Position numbers and translations under genes: made by a program | Assembly: GCF_964204645.1 (NCBI RefSeq) | Contig: NC_134026.1 | Location: 24,524,150 to 24,588,149, forward strand | Direction: 5' to 3' | DNA: 64,000 nucleotides | Source of the DNA: Tubulanus polymorphus | Lineage: Eukaryota > Animalia > Nemertea | The notes under the pieces: model-generated | Told to the model about the DNA's origin: nothing | Database searches by the model: none | What the model saw: the letters and a program-made list of their open reading frames with translations, nothing else | Shown: positions 26,547-37,757 of the stretch, piece by piece | Layout: every line of letters starts with the position of its first letter | Position numbering within the stretch: the first letter of the stretch is position 1

Positions 26547-28132
26547 TCAGAAAACGCTATGTTGAACTTGTTGAACGATGCTTAGCCTTCGGACGCCAGC
26601 TCCTTTCTGTTGCGCTACGAAACAAAGATCGGCTTTTTCCGAACTGACCGAGTATTCCTGTTCGTATAAATACAGCAGCTGAAAAATATGAAATATAATA
26701 CACATAACATAACTACATTGTCAATTACAGAATTGGGCCATAGCTAGCATTTTAATTTTTCTTTAATTTAATTTTTGGGGGGGGGAGGGGGCGGATTGTG
26801 GGAGAAACTCGAAAAAGGGTAGTTTTTCTGAATAATTTGCAAAAAGGGCACTTTTCCAAAATTTCTGGGGGCAACCGCCTATGCTAGTTACGGCCCTGAA
26901 TTTTATAGAACTATAAGTACGTTACATCAGATTACATTTTCAATTCTGTTTGTTTGATAATGTATTCTTTTGGTTTAAAACGAATATTTGCTTGAAACAG
27001 TCGGTCAGTTACCTCTAAAAATTGCTCCACGTCCACTTTCCCTTTCGCACCCGTGTCGACTTTTGAAAAGTATTTTTGTCGCTCTTCCGTTGAACTCTTG
27101 TCACCAAGTTCATTCATTACCGTACAGCTAGAATTACGTTAAGCACATGTTGTCAGTTTTATTTCAACATTGTTTGGTCTTAGCCGAGAAAATGATTGAC
27201 TTACAGTTCATCGAAATCTATCAATCCATCTTTATTTAGGTCGAATAGCAGAAATTGGGACTTCATATCAAGTAGTTGTTGCGTTTCCCAATTCGGAAAT
27301 TTAGCTTTCAAACTTCTCGGGTCCAATTCTGAAATAATTTGACATACAAAAATATTATCTCGTTTGTCTTCTTGGGATTCCTTTAGACATAGTTTCCAGG
27401 ATTAACTGAGCGTGATTTTTTTACCGCGGAATTTTAGTTTCATCTGTTTTAGATAACGACGTTCTTCAACGAATTGTTGGAAAAAATCATCGATAGCCTT
27501 TTTGAATTCAGATTTTTTATGATAAACCTGGTGATCTGGAAAACGCTCGCCTGAAATAAGCAAAAAAGAACTTATAAATCGTTGTTTAGTAATGTCAATG
27601 ACATTGAGAGGTTTTTCTGGCGTGAGAAAGTCCCGAAACTTTAGGCCTATATTATTCAATCAATCACTGACACTAATCAGTCAGTCAAGATTCACGAGTC
27701 GGTATTGTGTGACGCTTTTTTAAAAACTTTTTATAGCGTTCTTTTGTCTTATTTCACGATAGATTCTTACTAAGAAATTGACCTTTAGCGGATATAATTT
27801 TCATTAACCCCCTCCCCCAACCAAGTCCAAGAAGATATCATTGATCAGATCGACAAATTGGAATTTCTTACTTGGTCTTTTGGCGCGTGGCTGGCCACTA
27901 TAGGCCTATCTAAATATCAACAAAACGAATGTAAATCGTTCGGTCGAAAAAACTTGCGATCGTTCGCCATTCTTTGTTTTCTTCTTCTCCCCAACGTCTT
28001 TTGGATCGAAACAAATCGGAAAAAATCATGCGCTAAAGCTATCCATCTGTACCTACCCGTTGGCGAAAATACTTCTGCTGATTCGTACGACACTGGGGCT
28101 CTTCCCACGTTAGGAAAAACTATGTTTCCCAT
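26547..28132 (-). CDS. Two-EF-hand calcium-binding protein (AIF1/EFHD-like fold), ~190 aa, 5 exons
   Basis: Exon 1 (28132-28057, MGNIVFPNVG...FSPT G|gtaggt) joins in phase to 27550 (GERFPDHQ...). Later exons give the canonical EF loop DLNKDGLIDFDE and a degenerate second loop DTGAKGKVDVEQ. It ends QQVQHSVF with TGA at 26549-26547. Confidence 0.85.
26735..26898. mobile_element. MITE with GGGCC(A/G)TA(G/A)CTAGCAT terminal inverted repeats in the EF-hand gene intron
   Basis: Left gggccatagctagcat and right atgctagttacggccctg, with an internal poly-G tract. Confidence 0.75.
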
Positions 28133-28523
28133 GATGGTAGTCTTCTGCAAAACCTCTGCAAATGTTTTGGTTTTGTCAATTCACATTCAGCTGGGCCTAC
28201 ATCCAACGTGACACTTTTTCTGTGTGCAACGTTTTGAATCGTGCGCGCACTAATCAATTAAATTCTAACAATTTGAACCAGTCGAAATCAGTAACCATAG
28301 CTGCAGGTTTACATATCGAGTATAATGGGAGATGAAATTATTATAGAACATGTTTGCTCGGTCTGTTGAAGTAGTACTAGATTTATGAGAAACATTTTGC
28401 ACACTCTCTTGGGGAACGATTCTATTTATTAGCGTTTTAATGAAATTCGCTGGCGTTTCGACTACAAGCGATCTACATTGAATCTAAAGCATTTCACTTT
28501 GGGCGAATTCATTTCATTTTAAT

Positions 28524-29010
28524 ACTTGAACTTGAACTTGAACTTTAATTTTATTGCTCCATATAATACACAAGTTACATAGGAAATGACATGCAATAAA
28601 ATATTAACATCAAAACACAGGGAAAACAGTACAAGAGTGGACATACATTTAAAATCGCTTTTATAATGGATAACATAGGAATAGAGAATATTTACAAATA
28701 AAATATGTTAAACGTAAAACAAAATATAATACTACAGCAAGGAAACTAGGTGGCGATACAATCAAGTGAGTATAATATAAAAGAATCAAAGTGTTGAACG
28801 GAGGGCAAGTAAAGAGTTAACTAGGTTACACATAAGGCTGGCAATTTCATAGTCTCCGTTGTTATAGGACATCAAAAATAGGAATTTATCGAAAACACAA
28901 AAAGACTCAAACTCTGTGAAACATACAAGTGAGGATAAAATGGAAACTCTGGCAGGATGAAGCGAGGGACACGGGATTCGTCCTCAACTGCATCCTGGTG
29001 GACTTAACCT
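28524..29010 (-). mobile_element. Probable 3' tail remnant of a non-LTR retroelement
   Basis: On the minus strand AATAAA is followed by (AGTTCA)3, a tandem-repeat tail typical of CR1/L2/RTE-type elements. No ORF remains and the 5' limit is uncertain. Confidence 0.4.
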
Positions 29011-29794
29011 TGGCCTTTTTATAGCCATTTTTTAAAAGAAATGAAACCTAATATAGGTTGTTTATCCTATTTAGTTCTTAGTGTTCCGAGTCGTCCGATC
29101 TGCGGTCAAAAATTTCGCTACTCCATAATTTTAGGTTGCATACAGTACGAAATCTAATCTTTCCAGAGAGACAATACGGGATGGGCATGCTAGGCCCGAC
29201 ATAGGATTTTGGACTCATTAGAAACCGACATTCGTAGTCGAAAGCCTTCAGCGTCGTTCGTTAGTTAATTTCTTCGGTGAACGAGGACGGCAATATACAG
29301 AATTATATATAATTATATACAAACAGAAATGTCAATTTTCTTTCGTAAAATTATCCAGCAATCATTTTTAATTTCATTATTTCAAGCCCGGCTTGGCGGT
29401 GCGACGAAAGTAACTCATCAATGATTGCTTCACCATGCTTCTTTGACGCTGTGAATTATCAAACACGGGCACTGCATGTTACCTGTGAAAATTCAAACAA
29501 CTTACATTTGTATTTTTCTACATTGTTCCCCGTTTTGCCTCTGATAAAGGTAGTTCTTCAAAATCTCCATAGAATTTATTCAGTCTGTACCGGGAGAACT
29601 TATAGCCAGGTGATAAACCTGGCAATTAATTACATTAAAATTTATAATACCGTTATCGCCTGGCACCTCGTTCGAATAATCAAACTCGTTAGCCTAGGTC
29701 TATTATTCAGCAAAACGAATTCATTGTATTGCTAGAATTTCCCGGGTCAACTAACTCAGACCGCACTCGGCGAGGTACTGCATCAGAGATGGTG

Positions 29795-30022
29795 CAGGGG
29801 TGCGACCGGCCAAAAATGTCACTAAAGTTGCCCTGAATTTATGGGGAAAATGAAAAATATTTACGCTTACCTATAAAAAGTTTATAGATTTGTTTTCTGT
29901 ATTTCTCAAAAATGAGTTATTTATAGGCTATAAATGTTTTCCCGCGTCGAGTTTTCTTTTTGGGTGCCCTTTTAATTATTTTGCGTACACCCCTCCGAGG
30001 CAGACCCCAGATCTGCGCCCCT
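29795..30022. mobile_element. Degenerate CAGGGG...CCCCTG MITE
   Basis: Ends caggggtgcg and gatctgcgcccctg have the same end design as 51792-52056. Confidence 0.5.
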
Positions 30023-32508
30023 GCTCTGGTTATACCCGGTAATTCCAATGGCCATAGTATTTTCTGCGAAACGACAATCCTTTCGAAAGTAAAAGCAAAG
30101 ATGTCGATTAATTGCTCATTTGAAGCGCGAGTGATCAATCAATATAATTGATCTGAATTAGGAACGGGATCCGTTACCACTCACAGGAATGAGAGAGCAG
30201 GATTATTGATTGCTCCTGAATCTAAGAAAAAAGGTACAAACATTACTTTCCCATCACGATCTCCGTGGTGACCACTCGCAGTGATCAATACATGGTTCTC
30301 GCGTAGCGTGAAACTTAATCATCGATGTAACCCCTAGCAAACCGGATTTCCGATAAGGAGTTAATATTTCGTTCGAGCTTAAGTTCTAATGCAGAGTTAG
30401 TGCGTGAAGACACATCTCGAGAAGAATATGTCATTTGGTCAGAGGGCAGTGATCTGTTAAAATCCGCCACAATTAAGTTGCAATAAGGCGATGATCGGTG
30501 TTAGTTTTGCCGGACTTCTCATTAGCCCAAAATCGGCTTTTTGGTCATAGATTGATCTCCTTTGGCGTAAGGGCAGTATTTTACGTGATAACGAGATAGC
30601 TTGCATGATAGGATCTCTGCAAAATGATGTGATCCATCACGTCGCGTCGTCTCAATCATAAGAAAGGAAGCCTATCCGTCGGCAGTCATTAGGATCACGC
30701 CAGCCTGCGGTGTAAATCCCAGCAAGGATCTCGCTCTATTGAGAATAGTTTTATTGCCGTTTGATAAAATTGGTCAGATGACCGATGGGTCAGATCCATG
30801 AACTGAAAATAAATAAATATCATATATGATAACGACTCCGGTATTGGAAATATATCATATCGTGACACTAGTCCAATAAATATATAATCGACGTCAGCGA
30901 CAGTGTAATCTGCAGAGTTTCGCGAAATAAAAGCAACAGTTCCTGGCTAAACTTCGAGATTACGGAGAGAATGTAGAAAATCAGGATTTGGAATGTCGGG
31001 GGTGGGGTATACACAGGCTGGCAACAATATGGGGTAACGTATACGGTACCACGGCTGACTCTAGATTTGAGGACTTCTCGCTTCAACTGATATGACACAT
31101 TCGATTTTTATGAATATTGCAAAGAATGACGCTATTGCTATTCGTCTGTGAAATAACATTATCACGCCATAGACGGCATTATTAACCTGATTATTAAGTC
31201 TGAGGCAATTCAGGTGCTGAGTCTTCATGTAACTTCAACAGATGGTGCAAATGAAGACGTGGAGTACATTTTGCAAAATCCTTCTCTATAAATGTCAACA
31301 ACGTGGTTTACACGCGAACTTGAATTACGAACTACTAAGGTTACGAATCAGTGGTATCATCGTGCATTGATCAAAACGCTTACGAGGAAATCAAAAGCAG
31401 TGTGCGGCGGGCTTAATGCCGGATCCCAAAATACCTTCGCGGTGGCTTTCGTAAATGATCAACAGTCTGGATCCACATTACCACATGGCATAAGACCACA
31501 ATTAGGTTAGTAAGTAGTTTAAGATGCGTAGGGGGCAGAACCCCAAAAGAGGTACTCTTGCCATATGTTTCGGATAGGTGTCGAATTACGGTTATATGTA
31601 TGAAATCTGGGCGTTCTGAGGGACAGATTGATGATGAAATAGGCCTGGATTGTTTTGTCTAAAGTAAGGGTACCGGTCGGTACCAAACACGGCGGGGATT
31701 TCCTTTGATGGCTCGGATAGTGGCACACCTGTACTGGGATACCCCTCCTTTCTAAAGGTTTGATTATTTCTAAAGTTCGGTTGGGTGTGCGGCGAAAATC
31801 ACTTTAAACGCGTAGCTGATGGCCTAGCAGCAGGCATAGTAAACAAAGAAGAACGAAAATAATATTGCCGAAAATGTACACAAGGGCATCTTGCGGAATA
31901 GCTGTAAAAACGGAAATGTGATGATGTAAATTTATTTCGATTTTATGCGTTCCTTTCCGCACGATGCTCTCACGGATTACGGAGGCAATTGACTTTCCTG
32001 CTAACTAAATACCAGCATATTACAGAACGTAAACCTCACAGACTCTCGGAAATGGAGGGTTTTTAAGTGTCCTTGGCTAAGTCTTCCAACAATACCGATC
32101 TTTTCATCGGTACTGCGATTTGATATAGTGGAAGCAATTCAAAATATAATATATCAGGAGTGGACTTAAAGGCTTATGCAGTGCGACTCAGGGTTATTTC
32201 AGGCAACGACGGAATACTTCAAATACTTTTTCTGTACCCCAGGCGACATGGGCCTTTAGGATAAAATTTGATTTGAGATTCTATTAGTTCAGAAGATTAC
32301 AGAATACTATGGTAAGCCCAGTATAGTAGTCACCCGGTGTGCCGATAGAGGGGAGTGTAATAAGTGCATTGTATTGTAAATAGTTAATGTATATATATTC
32401 TAATGTTTTCATTCTCTAAATGTTTATCACTTCAGTTTTGTTTTGTAAATATTTGTATATACATGTGTAATAGTTTTCCTCCATATGCCATGGAAATGGT
32501 TGGAGTGT

Positions 32509-32567
32509 AAATAAAATCGTAATCGTAATCGTAATCGTAATCGTAATCGTAATCGTAATCGTAATCG
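32509..32567 (+). repeat. (AATCGT)n hexanucleotide repeat directly after AATAAA; probable retroposon 3' tail
   Basis: gtaaataaaatcgtaatcgt... with about 9 units. It gives rise to the spurious ITITIT ORF. Confidence 0.85.
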
Positions 32568-32610
32568 TTGTGTATTGTTCTATACGCGGATATACGCGGC
32601 TAAACGCCGA

Positions 32611-32847
32611 ATCTACGTTCACACTATACAGAATCTACGAGCAAGCAGAACGAGGTTAAGATGATTGCTCGTAGACAGACTATAGCGGCCAAAAACAGTT
32701 CCGTACTGAGATCGGGTTTACGGCGCGGAATCGCGCTTAATAAGCCACGTATTTCAGCACGGAACTGAATAAGCCGCGATTAGGCCTCGAATAATTTCCA
32801 AGCGTGAACGCTTAGTACCGTACTGAAATCCTAGTGTGAACGCAGCT
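32611..32847. mobile_element. MITE with 16-bp TIRs (Harbinger-like GCTGCGTTCACAC ends)
   Basis: Left atctacgttcacacta versus right tagtgtgaacgcagct (14/16 complementary), with internal repeated ccgtactga and aataagcc motifs. Confidence 0.7.
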
Positions 32848-33595
32848 ATAGATAGGGATCTTGCTATTACCGACATTCATGATAGAATGGCAATGATTGA
32901 CCGAATACTACTGATAAGCTGGTTCTCATTCATGTCACTAGCAGTCACTCGACATAGGGACCTCAATCTTCAAAACAAATACCATTATTTTCTAATCTAT
33001 CATGCGACGTGTGGCTTGAGACAACAGCGCACTGTTTCTCCGAAGAGAAATCTGGGAGATGCAGGTACTAATCTTCCTGGCTGTTTAGTGTCAGGCTATC
33101 AGATCTGGCCACCCGTGACCACTGAGCACCACAGAGGATTCATTGTTACTAATTCTGTCGACTTCTCAGCTGATACTGCTAACGCAGAAATGGAAATAAC
33201 GAGTGAAAGTCACGAGGGGTATAGGCTAGCTTCTAGAACGTGGGACATTACTGTGATTGCATGAAATGCTTTCATCCACTAACGAATTTTTACACATCCA
33301 TCAAGCCATCCTGTTCTGCACGACAACTTCATTATTGCTTCATTTGCTTTATTTGCTATTGCTGGTCAAGAGAAAAGAGGGAGGTTTGCTGACGGTCGAA
33401 AAATAATAGACTTGAAGCAAGAATACGTTAAACAAGATAATTATGACGTATCTTCTTAATATCTTCTTTGTATCTCCTTTCATCATTATCACTTGCCCTT
33501 CCTCTTTTCCAGGTGCATCGCACTTCTTAAGTGTTACAGTTATTTTGATTCGGAGTGGTAATCAATAAATTATCATTATGATATGTTATATCATT

Positions 33596-33649
33596 AACAA
33601 TTGTACATATAAAATGTATAATATTATACATTTTACATGTACAATTGTT
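33596..33649. repeat. 54-bp AT-rich palindrome with one mismatch and no loop
   Basis: aacaattgtacatataaaatgtataat / attatacattttacatgtacaattgtt. Confidence 0.9.
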
Positions 33650-36600
33650 GATACACATGTAATTCTTTATTGATAAAATAAACATTACATTACACTACAA
33701 AACATATATCCAAATCATGCAAAAACGGATGCAATAACTTTATCAATTCTCATGATAATAATAGTCCTCTTTCACATTCGAATTGAGAGCAACGGTAATC
33801 ATATGAATAACTCCGTATAAGATGAGACAGAAGTGACTTCATTGGATTATCTCTTGTGGAGGGTGACGCTTTTCAATCCGCTGTACGGAAATTACGTCTA
33901 GAGACATTCGTCTGACCCGGCGAGGCCTCCCTTGTCAATCAATCTCTGTTATATACACCAGATCCACACCAGTAATACTTGTCATCAGATTCCTATAATC
34001 CTCTCATCTTCTTCAAAAAGTCAAGGTGGCGAGAAGCAACACAATCTCGAAGAATGTAGCTGATAATGTGCCGAGAACGATATCAAGCGAGTTCTATGAA
34101 GATTCTCTACCTGTTATCTCGTCTAGATAAATCAGTCGGTTCATCTTACAAATAATGATATTCACTTATGATGAATAATTCAGGATCATCCAAATGTAGA
34201 AGAGTAAAGACTCCATTTGTTGCTAAGTCGAGACCATGAATTTGGTATCTTATTCATATTACCACGTTTGCGACACTGAAGACAGTGGATAATTTTTTGA
34301 GCGCAAAAATGTCGTTCGTGATTCATGAATAAGCAGCAAAAGTTAATCATGCCGAGCCTGATAATTCTACGATACTCGTTGACGCTTCCTGGGCTGTGGT
34401 TCGAAATCAGAACTCAGGAATATCAAATGTAGCCACATTATCCAAACCCATTCATTTGCCGGCATAACGGGCTGATAACATTCGATTTAGCACATTCATA
34501 CGCAAAATAATAAGCCTATTACGACAGCTTGCATTGTGTTAGTGCCAGTCTATAAGGCGAGTAGTTTCCTGAGTTGACTCCTTTTATGACTACCCGCCAT
34601 AAATCGGTATTAGCTCACATACGCGCGCACGTAACCATGTGATAGATGGTCTAATCACTATTGGTTTCTGAAACTACAAATATCTGTCGCTGATAAACGC
34701 TCCGGTACATATGTTTGGCCAAGGTTAACCATCAAATTGTATGGTTGATCACAGGATCGTGGACAGACGACGGAGGCATGCAACATTCCATATTCGCTTC
34801 ACACGCATTTACACATGTTATTGTTTTACAGACCACCACACCACACCCAAAATCATTAGCTGCAATATCACAGCTTTGATGGGTTTACATAGTTTGTCGC
34901 TAACTGGATAAGCAAATAGCAAAAACAACGAACAGTTAATCAGGTTATCAAACATAGAAATATAATAATAATAGAATGAAATAATCAATCAAACCCCACG
35001 ACGAAAACATCAATTTATTCTACCCTCTCTCAAATATTGCAGCGAAACAATTTAACCAGCTTTGATTTATTGCTTGACATTTTGATAATTTTCTCTCATG
35101 AAAACAAACTGCTATGCCCACATATTTTGGATTTCTGGAAATTACTTCAGTGTTCGATATAAATCAAAGAAACGGATAGCGTTTCAGATGACATGAACAA
35201 AGATTTTATAGATTTTGCAGACGAAATTAACTACGAAGGTCTGTTTATCTAATTGCTATAATTTCGGATAGAAGTGCCTGCATATGTAACGGTCAAGGGT
35301 TTGAATTTAGGTGAATTATATGAATCTTTCTCCTCTGTAGTTACAAGCGCGATACGACACCAAGATTATATTCTATTCATATTCGATTAATATTATGAGC
35401 TCTCTCCCTAACACACAAACATTTCAATAACCACGACATTTTCATTGCGAATTTACACAACTTTGTCATGAGAGAGGAAATTAGACGAGTTCGTACTTTA
35501 CTCACATTTTGCTACGCGGGCATTGAACTATCCTTTTCAATTTGCGGTGTAATACGAGAGCGAAGAATTCGAACTCTTCAAAGATCTCATCAAGAAAAGT
35601 GAGTCATTACCACCGAGACAACAAGTTTTTAGTCTTTGATTCATTGCTGGTTCAGAGCCACTAAAGGAAACACTTGAGGTTCTCTTGAAGAATTCAAAAA
35701 TGAGGTTTGCGTGCTTTCTTCAGTTGAAACACTTATGATTATAAAACCATTCACCGCAAACAAAAGCTTGTTCGTGAAAAAGACCATCATCAAGCAATTC
35801 TTGAATAGAATCACGGACAATGAATTTGATATCATGATTTTGTATGCTCGCAACTGTTTGAATTCACTGACGCAGACAGAAGTGGATCATCAATAAGTGT
35901 AATCAACTTTTTTTCATAACAATAAAAGTGAAAAAAGTGAAAAACTCAGTTTATTACCATTGGGTTACTTACAATCTTTCTTTTTTCATCGATGGTCAAA
36001 CTGATAATAATCTATTGTCATATATGTTCTGAATGCTGAAGTCAGATTGTGTATTTGCAGTGCTAATTGAATGGTCGTGTTCAATGTAAGGTAGACAGAA
36101 CTGATGAATATTTCATCGATTTCAGGTATGGAGATACGTTCAATCAACACTTGGGAAATAGGAGCGGATGAGAGTATTTGACCGCACAGAATTCCGAAAA
36201 CTATCCTCAGCTATTCTTAAGAACATTACCGTTAAGATAGGCAATCATAACGTTTGTAGTATCAAGCGGAAAGAGGCGAGCAGTACATACCATGTTCTCC
36301 GAAACTAATGTCAGCAATGATTACATTATCTCATAGATGTCGAAATCTAGGAGAGACATTACGTCTTTGTGCCTCTGGCGATTGCTTCTTTTTTGACTAT
36401 ACGGTATCGTTCTCTCTTGATTTCTCGTATCGCATTCTGTAAAAAGGCTAGCTGGCGTCTAATTACACGTTCCTCTACCATTGGCAATTTTTCAATCGGC
36501 TGCTTTATTCAGTTAGACGGATCGTACATGAAAAGGAGATAATGATCACTAAGTCGTCGAGGTACTTTGAGACGTTGAAAAACATTTTGTTACTGTATGC

Positions 36601-37720
36601 AACATCTTGAGTAGTAATTAGGTACAACAACTTGTTTCGGTCCAGGTGTTTCTTGCAAAGATCATCGATATATCTTCCCACGACACAATAATGTGAAAAT
36701 CTATTCCATGGAGACTCGGATGGCATGTTTCTTATTGCAAAAAAAAACTCCTCGAGGCTTATTTAGTTTCTAGATTCCGAGGAAAATTGGAGAAACAAGA
36801 CTCCCTTTCCATTGAAAACAGTGAAAACAAAATTCACCTGCGTTAGAAACATTACCTTCTCTTGACATGACTAGTTTTTTGCGAAGGCTCGTCTAACATC
36901 TTCCTTATTGTTTACGTTACTGCTTTTGTTATTTCATAACTATCTATCATTTGCATTACTGTCAATATTTTAACGGCGTTATCCGACGTCAAATGGACGT
37001 CGTAAGTAGTGTAACAATACGGCAAATCACGTGAAACCACCCTTTCACAACTCACCCGTCGAGAAACATCGGAAAAAAGACGGGGAAGCGCGGTTATGAT
37101 GTATTTGTGGGGAAAACTAACGCAAAATGAAGGAATTTCAATAAAATTCGTTTATTTTTCGACTTTTTGACGATCAAAATCGTGAAAGGATAAAAAACCG
37201 ACGACTCTTTTTTTACAGTGTATAGATAGATTCTTTCAGAAATCCTTTCACTTTCGGAAATCCATTCACTTATGAACATTTCAACAGGTGCAATTATAAT
37301 CTCGTTATAGATATTATGAAAGAAGGAAAACTTTTTTTTACTGTAAATCGTGTAAATTGTTTTTGCAATACTTTCCTTGTTATGGAAATAAAAAGCGTAC
37401 GAATATCTTCTTACGAGTAGGCCTATGTAGAATATGAAATGTCATGGCGTTAGGTCTATCTAATACTTGTACAACAACACCGGAATGTTTCTACAAAGAC
37501 TGTAAACCTGCGTAAAATCATCGTACATGATCTAAAAGCCTGCTTTTGCGGTTCTTTGATCATTACATGATTGTCCATTAGGGCTTTAGTCTTAATTACC
37601 GGAGAGGGATCATACATGGGTGAACCATGATGTAAAGGATTTTGTACGCATGGCTTCAGCTACCTTCATATACCTGTATCTTATCTGATAGTCTTGGTTG
37701 ATGTTTAATTGAAATTACAG

Positions 37721-37757
37721 CTGTATGTTTTCAATCTTCACGATTGAAAACATACAG
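37721..37757. repeat. Perfect 16-bp stem, 5-nt loop hairpin
   Basis: ctgtatgttttcaatc-ttcac-gattgaaaacatacag. Confidence 0.9.

Noticed and set aside
27872-28056. In-frame TGA after Cys (…HSFC*YLDRPIV…) suggesting a selenoprotein CU motif in the EF-hand gene
   Set aside because: It lies inside intron 1. The phase-1 donor after 28057 joins cleanly to the acceptor at 27550, whereas the read-through frame ends in the wrong phase for that acceptor. I recognised no SECIS element.
32416-32622. ORF with ITITIT repeat
   Set aside because: It is a translation of the (AATCGT)n microsatellite.
32836-33264. 142-aa ORF in the gene-poor region
   Set aside because: It starts at GTG inside a MITE end, has no recognisable motif and no supporting exon chain.
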